This document shows positions 1 through 7,790 of a stretch of 15,545 nt of DNA, one piece after another; position 1 is the stretch's first letter; every line of letters starts with the position of its first letter. The notes beneath the pieces were generated by a model. That model was not told the origin of the DNA, ran no database searches, and worked only from the letters and a program-made list of their open reading frames with translations. The DNA comes from Myxococcota bacterium (GTDB taxonomy: Bacteria > Myxococcota > UBA4151), in the NCBI GenBank assembly GCA_040260805.1, contig JBDQPD010000082.1, positions 1-15,545 of the forward strand, written 5' to 3'. The translations under genes and the position numbers were made by a program.

Positions 1-1158
1 GTCTGGGCAGGGCGAGAGACCTGTGACGACGGCAACCGCGTGGACGATGATGACTGCCGCAACGACTGCACCAGCCAGCGCTGCGGCGATGGGGTGGTGG
101 CTGAGGGCTTAGAAGCCTGCGACGACGGCAACCAAGACGAGACGGATGGCTGCCGCAACAATTGCGAGCTCGCTCGCTGCGGTGACGGCGTCGTGCGAGC
201 GGGCGTCGAAGACTGCGACGACGGCAACCAGGAGGAAACGGACGCATGCTTAAACACCTGCGCACGGGCTGCTTGCGGCGACGGCGTCGTGCGCGAGGGC
301 GTTGAGGCTTGCGATGACGGCAACCGCGAAGACGCAGACGCCTGCCTGAACACCTGCGTGGCGGCGACCTGCGGGGACGGTCGAAGGCGACGAGACCTCC
401 AAGAGGGAGACGACGGCTACGAGGTCTGCGATGACGGCAACCCGGTCGAGACCGACGCCTGCCGCAGCAATTGCCAAGCGGCGCGCTGCGGCGACGGCGT
501 GGTTCGAGCAGGGGTCGAAGACTGCGATGACGGCAACGAGGTCCAGACCGACGCTTGTTTGAGCAGCTGTCGCTTCGCTCGCTGCGGCGACGGGGTCACT
601 CAAGAAGGCGTGGAGCTCTGCGATGACGGCAACCGAATCGAGACCGACGCCTGCCGGCTTAACTGCACGCCGGCTCGCTGCGGCGACGGCTTGGTGCATC
701 AGGGCGTTGAGGAGTGTGATGACGCCAACCAGACGCAGACCGACGGCTGCCTGAACACCTGCACCGCAGCGGCCTGCGGGGACAACGTGGTCCAGGCTGG
801 GGTCGAAGCGTGCGACGACGGTAACGAGGCGCAGACCGATGCATGCTTGAACGATTGCACCGAGGCGACCTGCGGCGACGCTCAGGTCCAAGAAGGGGTT
901 GAGGGCTGCGACGACGGTAACGAGGTGCAAACGGACGCCTGCCTGAACGACTGCAGCGCAGCGAGCTGCGGTGATGAGGTGGTCCAGGCTGGGGTCGAAG
1001 CATGCGACGACGGCAACGAGGTGCAAACGGACGCCTGCCTGAATGACTGCGCGTTGGCGACCTGCGGCGATGCGCTGGTCCAAGCCGGCGTTGAAGAGTG
1101 CGATGATGGCAACAACAACGACAGCGACGAGTGCCGAAACAACTGCACCTTAGCCCCC
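1..1158 (+). repeat. Intragenic tandem repeat, ~96-nt (32-aa) units, >=12 copies (one 39-aa long variant)
   Basis: The units can be read directly in the translation, e.g. [35 protein letters not shown] motifs tgcggcgacgg and tgcgacgacggcaac recur at a 96-nt period. Confidence 0.95.
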
Positions 1159-1875
1159 TCTGGGACCTCGCAGGATCGCGCCGGTTTGTCGTGCAAAGCG
1201 ATCCTCGATAACGGCGCCTCGACTGGGGATAAGGCCTACTGGATCGACCCCAACGGCGGCGCCACAGATGACGCCTTTCAGACCTGGTGCGACATGACGA
1301 CGCGCGGTGGTGGTTGGACCTTGATGGCGAAAATCACCAACAACGACGGCAAGAATTGGAGCGCCCACTCGGCGCGCTGGGTCGACGCCACCACCTTTGG
1401 TACGATGACCAGCTTGACCAACTCGGACGGCAAGAGCGAGGCGTTTAATAGCCTCGAGGTGACCGAGGTGATGGTGACCTCAGCGAACAGCTCGCACCAA
1501 GTCGTCAGCGCCGCGAATTGCCTCAGCAACTGGACCCTGCGCACGCTGTTTCGGCGCAATTCATTGGACGAGAACTGCGCCCACTCCTGCGGCACGGTGC
1601 ATCGCTCGGGCAACTGGCAAGGGCAGGCGCGGCAGGACTCGACGCTGCGCTTTCGCTGCCGCGACCGAGACGGCGTGACCACCGCGCATGGCTTTACGGT
1701 GACCAATGGAGACAACAGCTTTGTCACCACCATGAGCCACAGCGGCGGCAACCGCGACTACAACTTTGGTTTGGGTGCTGGCGAAGGTGGCGCGAGCACC
1801 TGCGACTGGGACAACTCGACGAGCGACGCCTCCAACGACGGCGACGACTCTTTGCAGCTGTTCTATGCGCGCTAA
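1..1875 (+). CDS. Myxococcales Cys-rich repeat (DUF4215-like) protein with C-terminal fibrinogen-related/intelectin-like domain; 5'-truncated by window edge
   Basis: Frame 1 is open from base 1 ([23 protein letters not shown]...), so the true start lies upstream and the ORF-track start at 40 is an internal GTG. It has one partial plus 11 complete CGDG-x8-CDDGN-x6-C-x3-C repeats. These are followed by SCKAIL...YWIDP...[15 protein letters not shown], the classic N-terminal motif of fibrinogen-related domains. Stop TAA at 1873-1875. Confidence 0.88.
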   Translation, partial: VWAGRETCDDGNRVDDDDCRNDCTSQRCGDGVVAEGLEACDDGNQDETDGCRNNCELARCGDGVVRAGVEDCDDGNQEETDACLNTCARAACGDGVVREGVEACDDGNREDADACLNTCVAATCGDGRRRRDLQEGDDGYEVCDDGNPVETDACRSNCQAARCGDGVVRAGVEDCDDGNEVQTDACLSSCRFARCGDGVTQEGVELCDDGNRIETDACRLNCTPARCGDGLVHQGVEECDDANQTQTDGCLNTCTAAACGDNVVQAGVEACDDGNEAQTDACLNDCTEATCGDAQVQEGVEGCDDGNEVQTDACLNDCSAASCGDEVVQAGVEACDDGNEVQTDACLNDCALATCGDALVQAGVEECDDGNNNDSDECRNNCTLAPSGTSQDRAGLSCKAILDNGASTGDKAYWIDPNGGATDDAFQTWCDMTTRGGGWTLMAKITNNDGKNWSAHSARWVDATTFGTMTSLTNSDGKSEAFNSLEVTEVMVTSANSSHQVVSAANCLSNWTLRTLFRRNSLDENCAHSCGTVHRSGNWQGQARQDSTLRFRCRDRDGVTTAHGFTVTNGDNSFVTTMSHSGGNRDYNFGLGAGEGGASTCDWDNSTSDASNDGDDSLQLFYAR

Positions 1876-2255
1876 AAGCGGCTTGGGTAACCGCAAGGCA
1901 ATGAGCCATCGCAAAACACCTCGAGCCCTAGGCTCGAGCCCAGGAAGATCAACCCGCCGAGCGCAGGCAAGAGACCGAGAACCCATAGGGTGCGCACCCG
2001 TAAGGGTTGGTGAAACTCGCGCCAAACGGCGTAGGCGCAGCCTGGTACGCTGATCAACGACAAGAGGGGCACCAAAGCCCAGCCGACGATCATCGCATAG
2101 ATCCAAGGGTTGTTTTCAGACCCCGGCGCATCAAAAGCCATCAGCGTCATGGGCAAGGCGAGGAGCGTAAAGGCGCCGACAACCGCCCACACCAGCGCGG
2201 CGAAGCCCATGGCGAGCACTGCGGCGGTCCGTACGTTGGGTTGCGAGCCGTTCAT
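1872..2255 (-). CDS. Small hypothetical membrane protein (~3 TM helices, 'MAFDAPGS' loop)
   Basis: ATG-started 127-aa ORF with three hydrophobic stretches (AAVLAMGFAALVWAVVGAFTLLAL; IYAMIVGWALVPLLSLISV; LWVLGLLPALGGLIFLG). It fills the gap between its neighbours, and its stop overlaps the convergent gene's stop by 4 nt. Confidence 0.72.
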   Translation of the reverse strand: MNGSQPNVRTAAVLAMGFAALVWAVVGAFTLLALPMTLMAFDAPGSENNPWIYAMIVGWALVPLLSLISVPGCAYAVWREFHQPLRVRTLWVLGLLPALGGLIFLGSSLGLEVFCDGSLPCGYPSRF

Positions 2256-2334
2256 AGCCGGCGTCTAAAGCAAGCGAGGCTCCGCTTCAAGTCAGCACGA
2301 CTGATGTGAACCCAAAGGACCGCACTCTGGGCGC

Positions 2335-3879
2335 TCAACTTGTGCACGCAGCCCCCTGATCATTCACCAGGCGCCCGTCGACGTCGCAGATGCAGTCGCC
2401 TAAACGATCGCCTACTAAGAGCTCATCGCCTTCGATGGGGCAGCCGAAATCTGGCTCGATCGTGATGACACCGTCCTGGTCAGCTTGATCGGCGAAGCGG
2501 ATCAACTGGTCGCTCAAGAGGATCTCAGCGCTCAGCGAGAGGGTGTAGGTTCTGCTGAGCCGCTCGGGCGAGACGCCGGCGAGCTCGACGCTCAGGCTGC
2601 GCGTGGCGCCGGGTTGTAGGGTCTGCAGATCATCGGCGAGCACTCGAGGCTGGTCGACGCCGTCGCTTAGGTGGAGGCTGAGGGGATAGTAAAAGGGCGC
2701 AACGCCGGTGTTGGCGACCTCGACCTCGATGCGCAGATCCACCTTGCCTTGGTGCAGATTCGAGGCGGTGAGCGCCACGCGGGGCACGGTGAGCTCGTAG
2801 CCCATGGCGAGCGATGCGGCGCGGGCGCCCTCGAGCTGGTCGCCTTCATAGCCGTCATCGATTCGAAAAGCGCCGTTGTTGATCATCCACGAGGCGTGGG
2901 TTTGAGCGACGCACTGGGCAAAGTCTTGGCTGTGCGTATCGACGACGTAATCGGGCAAGAAGAGCTCGGCTTGAAGCTGCGGATAGACCTCGCCGCCGAT
3001 CGGCGCCACCTGCCAGCGCTGGTCGGCCTGAGCGGCGAGGATCCTGGGATAAAAGAACCACTCGAGCTCGCCCAAGGTGGCGTAGGCGAAGGAGTCATCG
3101 TGGTAGCCAATGCGCCGCTCTGGGGCGTCTTGAATCGGGTAGCGAAGCAGGATGTGGGTGCGCTCAAAGGCTTCGTCAAAGGCGGCGATCACCTGGCGCT
3201 GAAAGCGCCCTGAGGCGAACCAGTCGCCGTGGGGGTAGGTGTGCCACTCGCCCCAAAAACCAAGCAGCCCCATCTGAACAAAGCCGACCCGGTTGTCGCC
3301 GTCGTAGCGCGCCCCGAGCGCAGCGATGAACTCGAGCAGCGTGGATTGGAGCAAGGGGTTGTGGTAATCCGGGCTGCAGCCGCCGCCCCATTCGGTGTAC
3401 TCGGAGCAGCTGATCTGACTCATGAGCCACTCGGGTAAGCCCGGCTCACGGCCTGGATAATCCAGATAGAACCGGACGATCATGTGGTTGCCGCGCGCCC
3501 TGGACTCCTCGAGGTAGGGCTCAAGCCCGGTGTCGAACGCGTAGGTTTGAGGGCCCTCGAGCACCGATGAGATCGGTAGGTACAAGAACTCTAAGCCATG
3601 CGGCAGGCGCTCGTCGGGGGTGGTCCATTGGTAGCTGGTTAAGAAGCCCTTGAGCGGGTTACCGGCGGTGATCGCTCGGTCATAAACGCCGAGGCGCTCT
3701 TGCGTTGCGCTCGCCGGCGAGGGGCTCTGAGGGCCTGGACCTGGCGGCGTCACGGGTGGAGTCGCCGGCGGCGACGGCGGATCCAAGGGAGGGACGTCCT
3801 GGGCTAAACAGGCGCCTAGACTCAGGGCAAAGGATAGACTCAACGTTCTCACCAGCTTGCCAGCCTTTCTGCGCAACAA
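2335..3879 (-). CDS. Putative glycoside hydrolase lipoprotein (GH-A/GH42-like TIM barrel + DUF4832-like C-terminal domain)
   Basis: Lipobox LSLGAC, then a Pro-rich linker (PPSPPATPPVTPPGPGP). Motifs NPLKGF, RFYLDYPG, LGARYDGDNR, GLLGFWGEWH, GYHDDSF, PIGGEV and NTGVAPFYY are typical of DUF4832-containing GH-like proteins. The start is uncertain (TTG 3879 or GTG 3852). Confidence 0.72.
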   Translation of the reverse strand: MLRRKAGKLVRTLSLSFALSLGACLAQDVPPLDPPSPPATPPVTPPGPGPQSPSPASATQERLGVYDRAITAGNPLKGFLTSYQWTTPDERLPHGLEFLYLPISSVLEGPQTYAFDTGLEPYLEESRARGNHMIVRFYLDYPGREPGLPEWLMSQISCSEYTEWGGGCSPDYHNPLLQSTLLEFIAALGARYDGDNRVGFVQMGLLGFWGEWHTYPHGDWFASGRFQRQVIAAFDEAFERTHILLRYPIQDAPERRIGYHDDSFAYATLGELEWFFYPRILAAQADQRWQVAPIGGEVYPQLQAELFLPDYVVDTHSQDFAQCVAQTHASWMINNGAFRIDDGYEGDQLEGARAASLAMGYELTVPRVALTASNLHQGKVDLRIEVEVANTGVAPFYYPLSLHLSDGVDQPRVLADDLQTLQPGATRSLSVELAGVSPERLSRTYTLSLSAEILLSDQLIRFADQADQDGVITIEPDFGCPIEGDELLVGDRLGDCICDVDGRLVNDQGAACTS

Positions 3880-4002
3880 TCCACCCGGGGATCCTTTGGT
3901 CTATTTGTCCTGCGCTCGTCAAAGGGCGCGAGTTGATGCCCGGGCGTTGCGAAGTGACCTTGATCCCTTCACAGTAGGGCACGATCCACTAAAAGACCCG
4001 CC

Positions 4003-4965
4003 GTGACACCCGACCTAGACGCTTCGATTAATGCTCGAGACCCGCAGCGCATGCCCCTGTTTTTCCATCCGCTTTATACCGATGGGATCGCTCAGGACGC
4101 GCGCTTCCCTCGCGACCGTTATCGCCGGCTTTCTCGGCGGCTGCAGCTCGGCGAGGCCGGCGAATTAATTCAGATTATCGAGGCTCCAGCCGCTTCACTT
4201 AAGGATGTTTTGGTCGCCCACGAGCGCGCCTACGCCACCCGCTTCTTGGACGGATCGATGAGCGTCAAGGAGCGTCGACGCATCGGCTTGCGTCCTTGGA
4301 CGCCGCTGCTGATCCCGCGCACCTTGCACCTGATGGGGGGCGCCTTGGGCGCGCTGGCCTGCGTCGCCGAGCGTGGCGGCGTGGCGGGCAATATGGCCGG
4401 CGGAACCCACCACGCACACTGGGATTTTGGCTCGGGTTACTGTGTCTTTAATGACCTCGCAGTCTGTGCGCGCACCGCACATCGTGACTACGGCTTTAAG
4501 CGTATTATGATCCTCGACTTGGATGTGCACCAAGGGGACGGCACGGCGACGATTCTAGCGGATGACCCCTTCGCCCAGACCATCTCTGTGCACTGCGCCG
4601 AGAACTTTCCGCTGCGCAAAACCCAGAGCGATCGCGACTTTGCGGTGCCGACGGGGACGGGCGATGAGGCTTACCTTGAGGTGGTCGATGAAGCCTTGGC
4701 GTTTGGCTTAGCCCAAGCGCCCGACCTGATCTTCTTTCAAGCGGGTGTGGACGGCTTGAGCGCCGATGCGCTCGGGCGACTTGAGCTCAGTCAGCAGGGC
4801 ATGTGGCGCCGCAATCAGCTGGTTTTTGACGCCTGTCTGGCGCGCCGTATCCCCTGCGTTGTGTTTATGGGTGGGGGGTACAGCAAGCCGATCGATGCCA
4901 CCGTTGCCGCCTTCGAAGATCTCTTTGTTCAGGCGGCTCGAGCGCATAAATCCTTGCTCAGTTAG
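4003..4965 (+). CDS. Zn-dependent histone deacetylase family protein (bacterial HDAC/amidohydrolase, class IV-like)
   Basis: All catalytic motifs are intact: GGTHHA (His pair), GYCVFNDLA, DLDVHQGDGT (Zn Asp/His), QAGVD (Zn Asp), GGGY (catalytic Tyr). The start may be GTG 4003 or ATG 4051. Confidence 0.92.
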   Translation: MTPDLDASINARDPQRMPLFFHPLYTDGIAQDARFPRDRYRRLSRRLQLGEAGELIQIIEAPAASLKDVLVAHERAYATRFLDGSMSVKERRRIGLRPWTPLLIPRTLHLMGGALGALACVAERGGVAGNMAGGTHHAHWDFGSGYCVFNDLAVCARTAHRDYGFKRIMILDLDVHQGDGTATILADDPFAQTISVHCAENFPLRKTQSDRDFAVPTGTGDEAYLEVVDEALAFGLAQAPDLIFFQAGVDGLSADALGRLELSQQGMWRRNQLVFDACLARRIPCVVFMGGGYSKPIDATVAAFEDLFVQAARAHKSLLS

Positions 4966-5043
4966 TGCGCTTTCGCCGCCCGTCGCTTGGCGCAAAGGCT
5001 TGCAGAATAGCGTGGGTCTGGGGGATCTCTATTAATCAGCGGG

Positions 5044-5082
5044 ATGACAAAATGTGAGCAAGAGGTCACAATGCGGTGACAG
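5044..5082. promoter_or_regulatory. Putative Pho-box-like (PhoB/OmpR-family) direct-repeat operator upstream of the VTC operon
   Basis: Half-sites ATGACA (5044), GTGAGC (5054), GTCACA (5065) and GTGACA (5076) are spaced 10/11/11 nt. The minus strand reads CTGTCAC-cgca-TTGTGAC-ctct-TGCTCAC-att-TTGTCAT, versus the E. coli Pho half-site CTGTCA(T/C). The element ends ~20 nt before the VTC gene start. Confidence 0.5.
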
Positions 5083-5101
5083 CGATGGGTAGGGGTTTAG
5101 G

Positions 5102-5878
5102 TTGAGCGTTGAGCGAGGCACGCAGTCGCAGCTGATCGAACAGATCAACGCCCTTGATTTCGTGCCAGCCTTAGCGAGCGACCTAGCGGGCGCAACCTTG
5201 CAGCGTCGCTTTGACACCAAGTTCGTCGCACACGCTCGCTGCGTGCCCAAGCTGCTGGGCTTGCTCAAACCGGACTACCGCGTGCTTCGAGCCGGCGATG
5301 TCGCCCTTGCGCGCTACAAAACCTTGTATTTCGACGGCTCAGACTTTGCCAGCGTCATGGCGCATCATCGAGGTCGGAGGCCTCGCCAAAAGGTGCGTAT
5401 TCGGCACCATATGGACCGGCAAAAGAGCTTCTTAGAGGTCAAGCTCAAGTCAGGCGCCGATCGAACTGAGAAGTCGAGACTGGCGCTGAGCTTTGGCGAC
5501 GAAGCGATCGGCGCGAACGAGCTCGAGTTTTTGCGCAAGCATCAAGTGGTTGAGCCCTCCAAGCTGGTGCCGACCCTGCGGACTGACTTTGACCGGATCA
5601 CCTTGATCGGCGGCGGCGGCGAGCGGGTGACCCTCGATGTAGGCTTGTCCTTGTCTGGCGAGCGTGGCGCAGACGTTTTGTCCGAGCTGTGCATTGTCGA
5701 GGTCAAGCAAGCGCGCCTGAGGTCTCGCTCGCCGGTGATGTTGGCGCTGCGAGCCTGCGGCATCCGGCGCGGGCGGATCAGCAAATACTGCACGGCCGCG
5801 AGTCTGTTGATCCCAGAGCTCAAATTAGCTCGATTTAAACCGGTTGTTCGTCACGTTCGGAGCGTCACTAATGGCTGA
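5102..5878 (+). CDS. VTC (polyphosphate polymerase) domain-containing protein, CYTH/TTM superfamily
   Basis: Motifs RRFDTKF, YKTLYFD, RQKVRIR, FLEVKLK, RTEKSR, FDRITL, ERVTLD, IVEVKQ and ISKYC match bacterial stand-alone VTC-domain proteins. The adjacent DUF4956-like gene is the expected neighbour. TTG start. Confidence 0.88.
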   Translation: MSVERGTQSQLIEQINALDFVPALASDLAGATLQRRFDTKFVAHARCVPKLLGLLKPDYRVLRAGDVALARYKTLYFDGSDFASVMAHHRGRRPRQKVRIRHHMDRQKSFLEVKLKSGADRTEKSRLALSFGDEAIGANELEFLRKHQVVEPSKLVPTLRTDFDRITLIGGGGERVTLDVGLSLSGERGADVLSELCIVEVKQARLRSRSPVMLALRACGIRRGRISKYCTAASLLIPELKLARFKPVVRHVRSVTNG

Positions 5879-6488
5879 TATGCTGGGGCTGTTTCCTGAT
5901 TCATTAATCGACCAGGCTGATTTTGCGAAGTTGTATTCCCGCCTAGCGGTTAACGTGTTGTTCACGGCATTTTTGGTGCTGGGTGTTTACGTGCGGCGCT
6001 ACGGTAAGACCGAGTTCGTCTTTACCTACTTCATGTTTAACCTGATCACTTTTGCGCTGTGTTTCTTGTTGCGTAAGGTCAAGGTCGACATGGGTTTTGC
6101 GCTCGGGTTGTTCGCCGTCTTTGGGATCTTGCGCTACCGCACCGAGCCCATCCGCACGCGCGATTTAACCTATATGTTCGTCGTCATTGGGATCGCGATC
6201 CTCAACGCCGTGGTGAACAAAAAGGTAAGCTTTGGCGAGCTGATGCTGGTTAACGTGTGCATCGTCGGCATGGCCTTGGTGCTGGAGACCTTGGCGTTCT
6301 TCCGCCTGAGTCAGCAGCACGCCATCATCTACGATAACCTCGAGCTGCTACGCTCTGGGGATGACCCGGCGATCCTAGCGGATCTGGGCGAGCGCACCGG
6401 GTTACCGGTTGAGCGTTACCGAGTCGATGAGGTTGATCTGCTGCGCGATACGGCGCGCCTAACCGTCTATTGTGCGGAGGGGTCATGA
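5871..6488 (+). CDS. DUF4956 family inner-membrane protein
   Basis: Signature GFALGLFAVFGILRYRTEPIRTRDLTYMF plus ~5 TM segments and a short soluble C-terminal domain (IIYDNLELL...DLGERTGL). ATG 5871 with GGAG at 5859-5862 overlaps the VTC stop (TGA 5876-5878). I prefer this start to the ORF-track TTG at 5844. Confidence 0.9.
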   Translation: MADMLGLFPDSLIDQADFAKLYSRLAVNVLFTAFLVLGVYVRRYGKTEFVFTYFMFNLITFALCFLLRKVKVDMGFALGLFAVFGILRYRTEPIRTRDLTYMFVVIGIAILNAVVNKKVSFGELMLVNVCIVGMALVLETLAFFRLSQQHAIIYDNLELLRSGDDPAILADLGERTGLPVERYRVDEVDLLRDTARLTVYCAEGS

Positions 6489-7138
6489 CGCGTCTCGCCT
6501 TAGCGATCGCAGCGCTCATGGGGAGCTCGGCTTGGGCTGCAGACACCCAGATGTGGAACGAGGTAGGAGTGGGCTACCGCGCCTCGAAAACGATCGGCGC
6601 CGGTTTGGGTGGGCAGCTTCGCTTTGACCACGACCTCGCTCGTTTGGGTGCCCAGATGATCGACAGCGAGGTGCAATGGCGAGCGGTCAAGTGGCTGCGG
6701 CTGGGTTTAGGTTACCGCCAAGGGAGCGAGAAGAATAAGAAGGACGTGGATCGCTCGATTCGTCGCGTGCACGTGGAGAGCCGGGCGCAGTTGAGGCTTG
6801 GCGATTTTGCCCTTCGCTATCGCTTGAGGCTCCAAGACAAGACCGAAGAGAAGAAGAACGGCGAGGAACAAACCTTGAGCCTTCGGCACCTGCTTGGAGC
6901 GAACCTCAAGGTGTCCAAAGCGATCCGGGCTGGCGCAGGCTTTGAGCTCTACACGCGCTTTGACGGCGCCGTTCCGAGCTTCCTTCACAAGCTGCGGGTC
7001 ACCGGCTCGCTCCGCTACAAGCTCAGCTCCAGACACAGCATCAAGAGCTTCGTGCGCGCTCAGATCCCGATCCGTGATGCGGAGGATCCCATCGAGCAGA
7101 TCATTGGCTTGGGCTATGAGCTTTCTGTAAAGCGCTGA
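6485..7138 (+). CDS. DUF2490-like outer-membrane beta-barrel protein
   Basis: Sec signal peptide (MTRLALAIAALMGSSAWA, cleaved after AWA), alternating amphipathic strands (LRLGLGYR, LRYRLRLQ, LRVTGSLRY) and C-terminal strand IIGLGYEL. Its ATG overlaps the previous stop (ATGA at 6485-6488), with GGAGGGG upstream. Confidence 0.78.
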   Translation: MTRLALAIAALMGSSAWAADTQMWNEVGVGYRASKTIGAGLGGQLRFDHDLARLGAQMIDSEVQWRAVKWLRLGLGYRQGSEKNKKDVDRSIRRVHVESRAQLRLGDFALRYRLRLQDKTEEKKNGEEQTLSLRHLLGANLKVSKAIRAGAGFELYTRFDGAVPSFLHKLRVTGSLRYKLSSRHSIKSFVRAQIPIRDAEDPIEQIIGLGYELSVKR

Positions 7139-7208
7139 GGCCGTCTGCGAACCAACGAAAATATCAATGAGTTCAGAGCGCGGCAAACCTTGCGGCGGTA
7201 CTTTCGCA

Positions 7209-7239
7209 TTGACATATAGTAAAGCTGGTTTACTAAATA
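7209..7239 (+). promoter_or_regulatory. Sigma70-like promoter with overlapping palindromic operator (likely MarR autoregulatory site)
   Basis: Perfect -35 TTGACA at 7209-7214 in an AT-rich island. Perfect inverted repeat TAGTAAA(7217-7223)-gctgg-TTTACTA(7229-7235) spans the spacer and -10 region, ~25 nt upstream of the marR ATG. The -10 hexamer is imperfect. Confidence 0.72.
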
Positions 7240-7260
7240 GGTCGAAAGGGCGCTCAACCC

Positions 7261-7770
7261 ATGACCACACCGACGATCGATCAGCTAAGAAAACGGGTGC
7301 AAGGGCTCGAGGAGCAACGCCTCGGCAACAGCTTGGTTCGACTCGGTCGGCTCACGTATGAGCGAACCGTGGAGCGTCTGCGCGCCAAAGGGCTCACCGA
7401 CCTTCGCTTAGGCTTTACGACCCTCTTGCCCCATCTCGACCGAACCCACGGCACGAGGGTGACGGTCTTAGCCGAGCGAATGGGTGTGACCAAACAGGCG
7501 GCGGGTCAGATGGTGACTCAGCTTGAGCGCGCCGGGTTGGTGAGCCGTCGCAGCGACCCTGACGATGGACGTGCGCGGCTCGTCGAGTTGACCCATGACG
7601 GCTTTGAGGTCCTGCTCGCAGGCCTCGAGGTCTTCGCCGAGCTCGAGTCCGAGCTTGCCGAGGAGCTTGGTGCGTCGGCGCTTGAGGAGTTTCGGCGCAG
7701 CGCCGAGCTCAGCCGTCGCTATCTCGAGCGCCTCGGCGCAGATTTAAGTGTTAAAACCCCAACCCCATGA
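7261..7770 (+). CDS. MarR family transcriptional regulator
   Basis: Winged-helix motif LAERMGVTKQAAGQMVTQLERAGLVSRRSDPDDGRARLVELT; 169 aa. Confidence 0.95.
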   Translation: MTTPTIDQLRKRVQGLEEQRLGNSLVRLGRLTYERTVERLRAKGLTDLRLGFTTLLPHLDRTHGTRVTVLAERMGVTKQAAGQMVTQLERAGLVSRRSDPDDGRARLVELTHDGFEVLLAGLEVFAELESELAEELGASALEEFRRSAELSRRYLERLGADLSVKTPTP

Positions 7771-7790
7771 GCTAAAGAAGGACCGAACCC

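Noticed and set aside
1..1158. Regularly spaced repeats as a possible CRISPR array
   Set aside because: The repeats are degenerate, in-frame 96-nt coding units varying mostly at third codon positions; there is no invariant repeat/unique spacer structure and no cas genes.
250..1196. Long antisense ORFs (250-1083, 659-1003, 882-1196) over the Cys-repeat gene
   Set aside because: Shadow ORFs produced by high GC and repetitive codon usage on the coding strand; their periodicity just mirrors the sense repeats.
1189..1875. Diversity-generating retroelement target (lectin-like C-terminus, many AAC codons)
   Set aside because: No reverse transcriptase and no template repeat differing only at adenines is visible in the window.
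2256..2334. Short inverted repeats (AAGCG/CGCTT; TCAG/CTGA) as a terminator
   Set aside because: The stems are only 4-5 bp with no convincing U-tract; expected by chance.
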